A stretch of DNA of 64,000 nt, from NCBI GenBank assembly GCA_951406725.2, contig OX597815.1:181846001-181910000 (forward strand), given 5' to 3'. The position numbers and the translations under genes are program-made. Positions 1-12,200 of the stretch are shown piece after piece. The notes beneath the pieces were generated by a model, which saw only the letters and a list, made by a program, of their open reading frames with translations, was not told the origin of the DNA and did no database searches. This DNA comes from Octopus vulgaris (Eukaryota). Every line of letters starts with the position of its first letter. Position 1 is the stretch's first letter.

Positions 1-198
1 CGATCTGTATCTTTATATTTTCGAACAAGGGAATCTAGCACCCCAACTCAGCTCAAAATAATATCTGTGTATCGCGATTTCCGGGTTTTGAGCTGAGTGG
101 GGGTGCTAGATTCCCTTGTTCGAAAATATAAGGACACAGATCGTGTCGTATAGCCAGCTGGAGATGATGTCTCCTGGGGCTAAATTACAGCAACATTT
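1..198. repeat. Hairpin-containing interspersed repeat (about 58-bp inverted arms, 1-143), probably cut by the window edge
   Basis: cgatctgt..tcgaacaagggaatctagcaccccca.ctcagctcaaaa is mirrored by ttttgagctgagtgggggtgctagattcccttgttcga..acagatcg. A related copy with the same downstream tail lies at 54918-55060. Confidence 0.7.
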
Positions 199-884
199 GA
201 GATTATTTTGGATTATTGTTTTTGCCTTTTCAGGGAAAAATATTTCAAAATTTGCAGTTGAACTTTTATTGTTGTAAATTGAATTGTGCTATATTATCAG
301 GATAAAGACATGTAAAGCACAAAGTAAAAATAAATCTAAAAAGCTTGTGATGAAAGTATGAAATATAAAATCATTATTGAATTTTACTAACGAATGTTTA
401 GAGTTTTTGATTCCATTTGAAAAAATTTATACCAAACATTTATCTTAGTTCATAGTCTGACTGCGGCTATGGCATGACATATAGGAATTGTACTTTAAAA
501 TATTTGACATTTAGTTCTATCAATATATATTCCAAAATTGGAAACAAAGAACGACAAATCAGCAGACAACACTCTATAAACTACAGAAATTTTAAAAAAT
601 CAAGGAATTTTTTATTGTGAATGTGAGAAATATTTTATAGTATACTAAAATATCTTATCTAATAAATTTGCCCGGTGCATATATAAAGTAAAAAATGGTA
701 AAAAAAAAAGACGTTTACAGCACGAGATCTATTTTGCTTTTTAAAGGTTAAATAATTCATAATTAATCAAAATATCACATTTGTCCTAAAAACATAATTG
801 CAATAAATGGCATAGGATTACATTGGACTATTACAGAGTAAAATTTTTAAAGTTTACTTCAGTTTTATTTCTCAAAACTGTGAA

Positions 885-1027
885 TAATTTACATTATTTA
901 CATTTGACAGATATTTGTCCTCATCTTGTTTGTGGTTAACACTTTTCAGCTGACTAACCCTCCAGCCTTCATCAGATGTCTTGGGGAAATTTTGAATCTG
1001 GGTTTTCATTCCTAAGATATTTTTCAA

Positions 1028-1122
<95 letters not shown>

Positions 1123-1190
1123 ACTATGCCATATGCCCATGGGTATATGGCGTAGTGGTTAAGAGCGTGGGCTACTAAACCCAAGATTCT
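885..1190. mobile_element. tRNA-head/hammerhead inverted-arm element, copy 1 (left arm, (TTA)n, truncated tRNA head)
   Basis: Arm matches 19870-20030 and the reverse complement of 33952-34090. Degenerate hammerhead on the minus strand at 938-980. (TTA)n at 1030-1118. Head gggtatatggcgtagtggttaagagc starts at 1141 and is cut by a SINE at about 1190. Confidence 0.75.
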
Positions 1191-1191
1191 T

Positions 1192-1660
1192 TTTCTCTTT
1201 TATTCTTTTACTTGTTTCAGTCATTTTACTGCAGACATGCTGGAGCACTGCTTTTAGTTGAACAGATCGACCCCCACTCCAGGACTTATTCTTTGCAAGC
1301 CTAGTACTTTTTCTATTGGCATCTTTTGCTGAGCCGCTAAGTTATGGGAACATAAACACACCATGATGATGATAAGAGGACAAACATAAATACACACACA
1401 CACATATATGTCACATCTTCTTCTTTATCTTCTTTATCTAGTTTCAGCTCATGAGCTGTGGCCATGCTGGGGCACTGCCATTTATATATATATATATCAC
1501 AGGCTTCTTTCAGTTTCTGTCTACCAAATCCACTCACAAAGCTTTGGACGGCCTCAGACTATAGCAGAAGACACTTGCCTAAAGTGCCACGCAGTGGAAC
1601 TGAACCCAGAACCATATGGTTGGGAAGCAAGCTTCTTACCACACAGCCACTCCTGTGCCC
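1192..1660 (-). mobile_element. tRNA-derived SINE family A
   Basis: Reverse complement of the head ggagtggctgtgtggtaag..ggttcagt.ccactgcgtggcac, the central (TA/CA)n and the tail gactgaaacaagtaaaagag. Confidence 0.85.
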
Positions 1661-2217
1661 ATATATATATATATATGTATGTATGTATGTATGTATATTA
1701 TAAATGAAAAACATTCATTTATATTGAATATGCTAGGAAAGAAAAAAGCAAACAAATAAACACAGACAATGCATCGTAATTTCACAAAAGTATCAATCAG
1801 AGAATACCATTATCAAAGCTAAGAATATGAAGAGTATGTACTAAAGAATGGTTAGAATGTACTGCTTGGAAATTATTTTAGATTATATTAAAAGATGAAA
1901 TGCAAAGAGAGATTGAAAGAGACAGTGTGAGAGAGAGAAAACAAGACTGGGGTGGAGGGGGTGATACAGCTGGGATTTTTCTTTTACCTAATAAAATGTT
2001 TCTGCATGGCATTGGAATATTGGAAGAGTTTTCTATTCAATCCATCTGGCAAATGAGCTGTTTATTTTGGTTTGCGTTGCTTGTGTATATATATTTTCGA
2101 TCCTCAATAAATGAAATTAAAATGTCTGGTTTGTCTTGGCTTCAAAGCAATAAACATCAAATATCAAGATGAAGATATGACAGCAATAGTGAATAAAAAA
2201 AAACACCATTATCATTT

Positions 2218-2230
2218 GTAGTAGTAGTAA

Positions 2231-2288
<58 letters not shown>

Positions 2289-2404
2289 GGTGGCAGTAGT
2301 AGTAGTAGTGGTGGTGGTGGTAGTGGTAGTCGTAATAGTAGTAGTAGCTGTAGTAGTAGTGGTGGTGGTAATAGTAGTAGTAGCTGTAGTTGTAGTAGTA
2401 GTGC

Positions 2405-2441
<37 letters not shown>
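2218..2441. repeat. (GTA)n/(GTG)n microsatellite
   Basis: Direct reading; it explains the poly-Val ORF. Confidence 0.95.
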
Positions 2442-2931
2442 CTTATGGTCGTGTCTTTTTTATGTGTCTAACCTGCAGTTCTCTATATTCTTAACTATGG
2501 AAGTGTTCTCGTTTTGTCATTATTGCTTTTTATCGTTTTCTGCATTTTTAATTTCATTAAAAGTACTTTGTGTAACATGAGTACTACCTAGTGAAACTAG
2601 TGTCAGATTAAGCAAGCCAGCGAGGGAGACTGTAGGCGGTTGCTTGAGATGCTAAAAATTGTGACTAGAGTGCCCTCAAAATCACACCTCATCAGCTTAA
2701 AAATGGTAGAAATCAGAGGGAAAATACTCCTATGTACAGTATGCTGCAAAAAATTCAATGATCATGGCTAGAGAGATTTACATCTTAGGTTTGCTTTGTA
2801 AGGGCAGACCTGGGGTTAAACAACTTCTATGTATGTCCTGCAAAGCTGGTCACACATCTAGATAATGGAAGCTATCTACTACCTCCAGTTTGCCTCACAG
2901 GCAGTTGATGGAGTCTATTTTCTGCACATTC

Positions 2932-3165
2932 AAGGCGGCGAGCTGGCAGAACTGTTAGCATGCCGGGCGAAATGCACAGCCGTATTTCGTCTGCCGCTAT
3001 GTTCTGAGTTCAAATTCCGCCGAGGTCGACTTTGCCTTTCATCCTTTCGGGGTCGATAAATAAAGTACCAGTTACGCACTGGGAGTCGATGTAATTGACT
3101 TAAATTCATTTCTCTGTCCTTGCTTATCCCCTCTATGTTTAACCCCTTGTGGGTAATAAAGAAAC
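2932..3165 (+). mobile_element. tRNA-derived SINE family B
   Basis: aaggcggcgagctggcagaa (A-box-like), gagttcaaattcc (B box), central gaggtcgactttgcctttcatcctttcggggtcgat, tail ccccttgtgggtaataaagaaa. Confidence 0.85.
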
Positions 3166-3412
3166 ATATTTTCTGCACATTTTCAGCATTTATTGTACCT
3201 GTGGATCTTCCACTTACAAAAGGTATTTTACCTGTAAAACTTCCTCTGAAATTGCTGCACCTCTTATGTGTCCACAGCTTACTCTGGGTACATCTTATGG
3301 AGTTTCTACCTATGCCTTTCCTAGGGATCAAACAGGACCATCTATCTGAAGGGATTTGTAATTTGTCTGCCATCCAACTTACTAAGAGTTTGGCTTTTGC
3401 TAGGTTAACTCT
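3166..3412 (-). mobile_element. RTE LINE internal fragment (Cys-rich segment of the RT ORF)
   Basis: RVNLAKAK..RWSCLIPRKGIGRNSIRCTQSKLWTHKRCS aligns with the ORF at 33290-33530. Confidence 0.8.
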
Positions 3413-3867
3413 AATGCAAGAATTTATATTTCAAATAATTAAAGAAAATGAAGCCACAGAGCACATAATTAATTAATTAATTAATTTGATTAATGATACA
3501 AAAATGATATGATGCAATCTTCATTTTCATGTTGCTAAAAATTTTATAAATTCCAAAGTATTTCACATCAACTTTTCAAAGCCAATCTGGTTGATTAGAT
3601 TAGTAAGAATAGTCTCATCAATAATACGTATGGATTATCTTATTGAGGGAAACTACTCAACAATGAGTTAAGACTGATATACATTTCTTTTTGATAAGCT
3701 TATTTTACCAAGACAAAATGAATAAAGAACTTTGCTTAAAAGGACATAATTCTATGCTGGAATCTATTTTTGACGTAAAATCTTTGTATCAATAAATAGT
3801 AACCATTCATCATCAGTGACACTAATATTTTGCCCTCATTGACATCTCTGCACACTTTTAACATAAG

Positions 3868-4011
3868 CTTATATATGTGTGTGCATATATATATATATAT
3901 AGTGTGTGTGTATATGTATACATATATACATATGTATATGCATATATATATAAGATATATCTATATATATAAATATATATATGTATGCATATATATATAC
4001 ATATATATATG

Positions 4012-4046
<35 letters not shown>

Positions 4047-4326
4047 GTGTGTATATATATATAGCTAACAATCACTCTGAAAGTGACCGTGCTTTACCAG
4101 TAAGTTACCAGGTATAAACCATTCGTTTTATTATCCATATATATACACAACATATATATATACACATATATGTACATACATACATATATATATATGTACA
4201 CACATATATATAGACATCCACTCACACATATATATATAGACACACACACACACATATATATATACATATATGTATACACATATATATACATAAATTTATA
4301 TATACATATATATGCATATATATACA
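3868..4326. repeat. Compound (TA)/(TG)/(CA) microsatellite with a ~75-bp unique island
   Basis: Direct reading. Confidence 0.9.
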
Positions 4327-4330
4327 TCCT

Positions 4331-4781
4331 CATCATCATCATTTAGCGTCCGTTCTCCATGCTAGCATGGGTTGGACGGTTCAACTGGGGTCTGTGAAGC
4401 TGGAAGGCTTCATCAGGCCCAGTCAGATCTGGCAGTGTTTCTACGGCTGGATGCCCTTCCTAACGCCAACCACTCCGTGAGTGTAGTGGGTGCTTTTTAC
4501 GTGCCACCTGCACAGGTGCCAGACAGAGCTGGCAAACGGCCACGAACGGATGGTGCTTTTACGTGTCACCGGCACGGGGCCAGGCGAGGCTGGCAATAGG
4601 CACGAACGGATGGTGCTTTTACATGCCACCAACACGGGGGCCAGACAGAGCTGGCAAACGGCCACGAAACGGATGGTGCTTTTACGTGTCACCGGCACGG
4701 GGGCCAGGCGAGGCTGGCAATGGGCACGAACGGATGGTGCTTTTACATGCCACCGACACGGGGGCCAGACAGGGCTGGCAA
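4331..4781 (-). mobile_element. RTE LINE 3'-UTR fragment with internal ~60-bp tandem units and (GAT)n tail
   Basis: Near-identical to 32070-32340, which is contiguous with the RT ORF. Confidence 0.85.
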
Positions 4782-5299
4782 TGCATATATATACATATAT
4801 ATGCATATATATATATAAATATGCATATATATGTATATACATACAAACATATATATATCTATATATAGATATATATAAATATTTATATACATACATATAT
4901 ACATATTGATTTATATATATATATATATATATAGACTATTATTTTATTGATGAGATTAGCAGATATATTTTTCTGCAAATTCCATTTTGGACCAGTGACA
5001 TTCCAGTAAATCTTTAACACTACACTGCACACAGGCTTCGGTTATAAATATTTTCAGTTGAAATCTTTTCGTATGTCTGTATTAGTTTATTGAAACAGGT
5101 GATCTATTGTAAACGATATTGTCTTGGTATCTGAATTAAAATTTATAGGTTGCTTGCTGTCGGCAATTAAAATGCCTCTGGTGATATTTCTTTATTGTAT
5201 TTATTTCTCTCTACGTAATTAATTATATATATATTTATCTAAAGTAATTAAAAGATGAGTAATGATTGTCAGCGCTAGAGAAATATATTACATACATAT

Positions 5300-6113
5300 G
5301 TGAGGCTGAAGATGCAGTTGGATAGTTGGTATACGAGGATGCTTAGAATGGTGCTCAATGTCTCCTGAAAGTCTCATACAACAAACATTGACTTATATCA
5401 GGGATTACCTTAAGTAACGTTGAAGATACGGCATAGAAGGATGAGGCTAGCTGGACACTGCATCAGACATACCGATGAAATTGCTAACAAGCTAGTGCTC
5501 TGGCAACCTCCGGAAGGAAGAACCAGTAAAAGTAAGAAGGAAGACAACCTATATCGACAATTTGCTGGAAGATACTTGTAGGAGGAATTTCAACCATGTT
5601 TCATGGTCTGCTACCACAACAGCTTTATAGGTTCCAGTTAGCTCAAGACATCATCAGAAGGAACCACGTCCGGTTTCGGCCCCTATTCCTTTACCGTTTT
5701 GACGTGCTGGGACCCCGCTTTCGGAGGTGTCTTCACCTCTGGTGTTGGGTGCATGTCCTCTTTCTTCTGTTCCATTGCCTCTTCGATGTAGCATCAACGA
5801 GTGTCAACGGGTGACTGACTGTCTTGTCAAATTTCCCTTAAAATACCTGCTGCTAGGCTCCAGCAGGCAGCCCCAGCAAGTTGTCACGTGACACTGTCTC
5901 AACTTTAACTGGCCAATGACGGCGCATAGTCTTAGCCCATGCATTCTCTAAACGAGACCATCACCTGTCAATCAGCGAAGCTAATTCAGTGTCAGCTTGT
6001 CTCACCTAGTGATGCACAGGAGCTGAAGATCATTATGGGAGATCGAGATGAATGGGAAAAACGTGTGGAAACAGTTTTGGGGCATCCGATGGGACGACCT
6101 AGATGAGATGAGA
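5300..6113 (+). mobile_element. Decayed LINE 3' end (RTE-X-like), interrupted by a ~435-bp insertion
   Basis: LDSWYTRMLRMVLNVS..RRMRLAGHCIRH..LVLWQP..TYIDNLLEDT, resuming as ELKIIMGDRDEW after about 6015. Has stops and a (GAGAT)n tail. Confidence 0.7.
5582..6014. mobile_element. Unclassified ~435-bp interspersed repeat (possible solo LTR)
   Basis: Inverted second copy at 55637-56084. GC-richer than the flanks and carries cctataaag in the orientation of the second copy. Confidence 0.6.
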
Positions 6114-6224
6114 TATATGTGGATGTAACCCCATATACATACAATCAGAATGAAATCAAAGAAAATATTAAGGAATTTTGCAGAAAATTGTGGCTTTCAG
6201 AAGCACTCAATGTGTGATTACATT

Positions 6225-7623
6225 TTGAATTTCCTTTATAAAGCTATACACAAGCAAAAAGTTAGCTCAAACCTCAGCACCATTGAATGGGAGAACTTAA
6301 TTGAATTGCAAAATGATAATGAATTGATGATTAAAGAAGCCAGTAAAGGAAGTATTGTAGTTCTGATGAACACAGAATGTTACAGAAACCTAATACTATC
6401 CATGCTAGTAAATGATTCCTACTACAAAATAGTTGACAATTATAAACTGCAGAAAATAAGGAAAAATCTTTTATCCATATTTGGAAAAGGACTGACAGAA
6501 AAGATAATGACAAATTATAAACCTAGTCTTTTCTACCTCCTCTTCATCATCATCGTTTAATATACGCTTTCCATGCTGGCATGGGTTGGACGATTTGACT
6601 GAGGACTGGCGAACCAGATGGCTGCACCAGGCTCCAATCTGATCTGGCAGAGTTTCTACAGCTGGAATGTCCTTCCTAACGCCAACCACTCCGACAGTGT
6701 AGTGGGTGCTTTTATGTGCCTCCGGCACAAGGGCCAGTCAGGTGGTACTGGCAATGGCCATGCTCAAGTGGTGTTTTTTACGTGCCACCTGCACAGGAGC
6801 CAGTCCAGCAGCACTGGCAATGACCTCACTCGCATGTTTTTCACGTGCCACCAGCACAAGTGCCAATAAGGTGATGCTGGTAACGATCACTTTTGAATGA
6901 TACTTTTTACATACCAGTGGCACGGAAGCCAGTCAGCTGCTCTGGCAGCAATCACGTTTGGATGGTGCTCTTAGTGCTCCAATGGCACGGGTGCCAGTCA
7001 ATTTACCAAAAATTCACAGGTTCCAGATTATTAAAGAAACCTGCAAAGAATCAACATTTATGTCCATTCATCTCAAAATTTAAAACTAAGAGCCATAATA
7101 GCTGGCTCATCATGTGAAACCTACCACTTAAGCATCTTTCTTGACATCCCTTCTGAAATATATCAAAAGCTTTGTTAGAAAAGATCTGGATATGCTAAAC
7201 CACCCCCAAAAAGTCAATGATGTGACAGTCATGATATCCTTCAATGTTGTGAGCCTATATTCTAATATACCCTCAACAATAGTTTGAAAGCAATTGAATT
7301 CTGGTTGGAAACCTATCCAGAAGAACTACCAGAGTGCATCAATGAAGAATTTGTAATCGAAGCATCAAAATTTATTCTCCAGAATAATAATTACTACTTG
7401 TTTGCTACCAATTATTACAGACAAAAGAATAGGAAAGCAATGTGAACAAAATCAGCTTCGGTTCTTGCTATTCAAGTAATGGGGAACGTGTCCCAACCTA
7501 CTGGGAGGTATAGAATTCCTCTTTAAACAGGGACAAAGTTTCAGAATTAAGACTGAGCTTACCAATGCCTCAGAAAGTGTAATGTATGTCATAACTTGTT
7601 CAGAATGTGGACACAACTATATA
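6225..7623 (+). mobile_element. Decayed Penelope-like retroelement (RT fragments plus start of GIY-YIG endonuclease)
   Basis: SNLS..E..L..L.ND..MIKEASKGSIVVLMN; FYLL|LPKIHR split by an insertion at 6541-7002; RAIIAG; SFNVVSLYSNIP; FILQNN..YYRQ...AM*TKSA; then TCP..FRIK..VMYVITCSECGHNYI. Frameshifts, stops and a deletion removing the catalytic DD motif. Confidence 0.8.
6541..7002 (-). mobile_element. RTE 3'-tail fragment nested in the Penelope remnant
   Basis: catcatcatcgtttaa..ccttcctaacgccaaccactc. Removing it rejoins FYLL and LPKIH. Confidence 0.85.
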
Positions 7624-7668
7624 TAAAGATATATAGAGAGAGATACATATATATATTTATATATATGC

Positions 7669-7975
7669 ATACAGGAGTGGCTGTGTGGTAAGTAGCTTGC
7701 TTACCAACCACATGGTTCCGGGTTCAGTTTCAATGCATGGCACCTTGGGCAAGTGTCTTCTACTATAGCCTTGAGCCAACCAAAGCCTTGTGAGTGGATT
7801 TGGAAGATGGAAACTGAAAGAAGCCCGTTGATGCTCTCAGTGTCGGGGGTTGACCTGCTTTCTCTTCTGTGGGTCTTACGAATAGCAAAGGACCACGTTT
7901 CGGACTTCTTCCACTACAGAGGCACGATCTTGCGAGCTCTGGGACAAAGACCACTTCGCTCAACAAACAAACAGA
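7669..7975 (+). mobile_element. Chimeric SINE: family A head joined to family C tail
   Basis: A head runs to aagaagcccgttg, then atgctctcagtgtcgggggttgacctg.. as in 58430-58590. Confidence 0.75.
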
Positions 7976-8254
7976 AAGAGCAAGGTCCAGTGTAGCAGGA
8001 GCAATATCAGTTCTCCTTTGCTGAATTTCAACCTGGAGTATAAAGTGCTTCTTGAATAATGATGATCCAATTTGTTACTGCCTCTCAAGCAATGCTAATC
8101 TTTTCTTTCCATGATTTAAGTGAAACCAAGTTCTTTTCCAAGTTACTTACATATGCTGCTGGTGATTATTAGAAACACTTTTGTATGTGGTGCAATGTAG
8201 ATATTGTAATTACCTAAATAAGAAATAAATTAATTTCAGCTCTGTGCTTGTTGG

Positions 8255-8757
8255 TGGAGGCTTAGTGGTTAGGGTGTCAGCATCATGATCATAAGATTGT
8301 GGTTTCAATTCCTGGACCGGGTGACGCATTGTGTTCTTGAGCAAAACACTTCATTTCACGTTGCTCCAGTCCACTCAGCTGGCAAAAATAAGTAACGCTG
8401 CGATGGACTGGCGTCCTGTCCAGCTAGGGATCACATACGCCATTGAAACCGGGAAACTGGGCCCATGAGATTGGCTAGGCTTTAAAATGGCACAAGTGGA
8501 GGCACGTGGCTTAGTGGTTAGGGTGTCAGCATCATGATCATAAGATTGTGGTTTCAATTTTTGGACCGGGCGACGCGTTGTGTTCTTGAGCAAAACACCT
8601 CATTTCATGTTGTCCCAGTCCACTCAGCTGGCAAAAATGAGTAACGATGCGATGGACTGGGGTCCCGTCCAGCTGGGGAACACATACGCCATTGAAACCA
8701 GGAAACCGGGCCCAGGAGCCTGGCTAGGCTTGAAAAGGGCACATAAATAAATAATAA
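8255..8757 (+). mobile_element. Two tandem tRNA-derived SINEs, family D
   Basis: About 240-bp unit twice: ggcttagtggttaggg..ggtttcaattcc..ttgtgttcttgagcaaaacac..gcgatggactggcgtcc.gtccag. Confidence 0.8.
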
Positions 8758-9278
8758 ATGTGCTTGTTGAGCTGTTATTGGGATGACACGCAGCCACCTG
8801 ACTCCAACTCAATGACCCATGCATCAATAATACCCAAAACACTGACCTCTGGCCTGCCGGTATGTTTGACAATGATGATGATGATGATGATGATGGTGAT
8901 GGTGTGGATTATTACTTAAGAAATGCATAGCTATTCATAACCTTTGAAGTTTCTTCTTTGAATGAATCTTTGTGAGTTACGATGTGAGAGACAAAATATT
9001 TTGTCTTTTCTGTAATTTTCCACATTTTCCAAATTATCAATATTACAAAAGCAAAGCAATTAACAGATTGAGTCTATGAATCAGACACTTTTAAGAGTGC
9101 AAAATTCAATTTTATATTCATTACCGTAAATACTGTTCTGTCACACACCTTGTGTCTTTTAATTTGAATGTGCCATATTCTTGAAAAAAATGCTTGTTGA
9201 TTTCACAGAAACATTTCTTTTAGGCTGGCAGTTTGTAACTACACATTTATTAAAGATCTGATATCAAGCAAACAACCG

Positions 9279-9695
9279 TTAGCCTTTAGTATTTAAACTG
9301 ACCAGATCCAGCCTCTCACACCTATGTTACAATGTCATTCTCAAAAACGGATAGTGATGTCATCAATCTTTCAAAGTTGCAAGATAATGCAAGATTCATT
9401 GAAGACAATGTGAATCAGTAAGCATTACGTATGACAGAGTAATCTGAATGCTTAACCCTTTTGTTACCTTATTTCTGTTGAGATGCTCTGTGTTTCCTTC
9501 AAGTACTTGAAATATAACAAAGAATTTAGTAAAATAACTTAGTTATCATTAAGCTAGTGTTAGGAACATAAATTGTGACTAAGGTTTGGTGGAAGATTTT
9601 AAGTCAGAACTTTTGAAAACAAGACATTTGTACTACAGAGCCTGAGGCGGTTTCAGTCAGGTTGGTACTAAAAGGGTTAAATGCTAAAGTGTTAA
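9279..9695. mobile_element. piggyBac-like MITE type 2 with a nested type-1 MITE
   Basis: Ends ttagcctttagtattt / aatgctaaagtgttaa. Inverted copy at 52694-52918. Confidence 0.6.
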
Positions 9696-10681
9696 TCCCT
9701 CAACCTGCACAAAGGCACCTCCTTCAGTACTTTTCCATCTCCCAGCTGAGGGCTCATTGTCTTGCAATTTACTTGGTGCCACAAACAAAGCACCAATGCT
9801 AATGCCACATCCAGAACACCCAGTGCACTCCTTAACTCTTTTGTTACCATATTTCTGTTGAGATGCTCCATGTTTCTTTCAATTAATTTTAAATATAACA
9901 AAGAATTTAGTAAAATAACTTAGTTATCATTGAGCTTGTGTTAGGAACATAAATTGTGACTAAGGTTTGGTGGAAGATTTTAATTCAGAACTTATAAAAA
10001 CAAGACATTTGTTCTACAGAGCCAGAGGTGGTTTCAGCTGGGTTAATATCAAAAGGGTTATACACACCTCTACATTTGGGCAGATTAGAACCAGTTGGAA
10101 GGGTGTGGATTGAAGGAATTTTAGGCTATTATTTCTAGCATATAAAGTGACCACATTGATGTCTCCTTTTCGTATGTCTTCTGTTGATTATTTTTCTTCT
10201 TAACCCTTTTGTTACCATATTTCTGTTGAGATGCTCTGTGTTTCTTTCAATTAATTTTAAATATAACAAAGAATTTAGTAAAATAACTTAGTTATCATTC
10301 AACAAGTTTTAGGAACATAAATTGTGACTAAGGTTTGGTGGATAGATTTTAATTCAAAACTTATGAAAACAAGACATTTGTACTCAGAGCCAGAACCGGT
10401 TTCAGGCAGGTTGGTATCAAAAGGGTTAAGAATTCTTTCTTTATTATATATTTTGACCCTTTTGTTACCATATTTCTGTTGAGATGCTCTGTGTTTCTTT
10501 CAATTAATTTTAAATACAACAAAGAATTTAGCAAAATAACTTAGTTATCATTAAGCTAGGATTAGGAACGTAAATTATGACTAAGGTTTGGTGGAAGATT
10601 TTAATTCAAAACTTATGAAAACAAGACATTTGTACTCAGAAGCAGAACCTGTTTCATCCGGGTTGGTAACGAAAGGGTTAA
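9452..10681. mobile_element. Cluster of four ~228-bp piggyBac-like MITEs (about 9452-9680, 9832-10060, 10200-10429, 10453-10681)
   Basis: Consensus ttaaCCCTTT.GTTACC ... GGTA.C.AAAGGGttaa with highly similar internal sequence; TTAA flanks are intact in copies 1 and 3. Confidence 0.8.
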
Positions 10682-11775
10682 AGGTTAAATTACTGGATCT
10701 TGAATGGAAATATAAGATTCATTTTCTTCTCTAAACCATTATGAGTTCTTGTTATTAAATTGTTGTACATTAATTCCCAAAGATTTTCACATCATCTTGT
10801 TCAGGGAAGTAGCTAATCAGTAGCTGGAATTTTGCCATTAATGTATATTAAACTGTTAATCTAGCAAGCAACCCAAGAATTTTGACTGTGTATACATTCC
10901 ATGTGTCATGAAGAAATTGTATTTGCATTCCATACGCCAATTATTGTCCAAAGGTACTATCTTGGAGAAAGAGAATGTAAGTCATAAATTAAATGAAGCA
11001 AAGCATTTACAATATTTGCTACAAATTAATTACAGTCATTAATTAATGTAATATCAAATTGCATTGATATTTAATTTAACCATTCAGAATGTGGATTTAT
11101 TGCCCATTTTCTGTCTTAGAGTTATGTTCATACTCCAAATTCCTGGAGACACTTTCGAGTTGAGAATACAATGTAAATGCCAATATTGCAATTATAAGAC
11201 TTGAAGAGAATTCAATAGCATTCATCATTGTTGTCGTTGTCATTTGATATCCATTCTTCCGTTCTTGCAAGGGTCAGAAGGAATTGGTTGAGGCAGATTT
11301 TCTACAACTGAAACCCTTCCTGTTGTCAACATTCACCTGTTTCCAAGCAAGGTAATATTTCCAGACATGAGATCCAGACATGATTCTCACAGAAGGCTTG
11401 CATGATGATGATGCTCGTTTACAAACACCATCTAGTGATGTCTAGAAAAGTGTACACACTAGCGCATGCATGCACACACACACACACACACATGCGTGAT
11501 AAGCTTCTCTCCTTTCCATTTACCAAATTTATTTGGAGCCACAAAAACACTTACTCAAGCTGCTCCACTGTGGGACTGAACACAAGACCACATAATTGAA
11601 AACAAGCTTCTTACCTGAAATGCAATTTACACACACACACACACATACACACATATATACAAAGTGTAACAGGTAAATTGGGAGAAATTTCAAACGCATA
11701 TATTTTTAATTGCATAGATTTTGTTGGAATCTAGATTTTAAATACCAGCTTGAATAATCACTTGTACTATTTTGC

Positions 11776-12035
11776 ACATAAAAAACACCATTTGAGCGTG
11801 GCTGTTGCAAGTACTGCCTGACTGGCCCTCATGCCAGTGGCACATAAAAAACACCCACTACACTCTCAGAATGAGTTGGTTGACATTAGGAAGGGCATCC
11901 AGCTGTAGAAACTCTGCCAGATCAGATTGGAGCCTGGTGCAGCCATCTGGTTCACCAGCCCTCAGTCAAATCATCCAACCCGTGCTAGCATGGAAAGCGG
12001 TACGTTCTAAACGATGATGATGATGATGATGATGA
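11776..12035 (+). mobile_element. RTE 3'-tail fragment
   Basis: aggaagggcatccagctgtagaaac..ccaacccgtgctagcatggaaag..(GAT)n. Confidence 0.8.
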
Positions 12036-12054
12036 TTGAACAAATCATAAATGT

Positions 12055-12200
12055 TAATGAAGAATTAAACTGTAGAAATGTAATTGCCAAATTATTCCAT
12101 GCCAGCAAAAGTGCTGGGGAGATTGTCAGAGTCACAAAGTATGCCAAATCTATTGTTTTTAAAGCTGTAACCAATTTGAAGAAAAGCCAGGATGTCCAGA
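12055..12200 (+). mobile_element. Possible Tc1/mariner transposase N-terminal HTH remnant
   Basis: RNVIAKLFHASKSAGEIVRVTKYAKSIVFKAVTNLKK resembles Tc1/maT N-termini. A TIR-like tacaaagtgtaacagg lies at about 11658. Confidence 0.4.

Noticed and set aside
2233-2580. Low-complexity ORFs (poly-V, poly-N, YI-rich, poly-F/L at 57463)
   Set aside because: They are translations of microsatellites.
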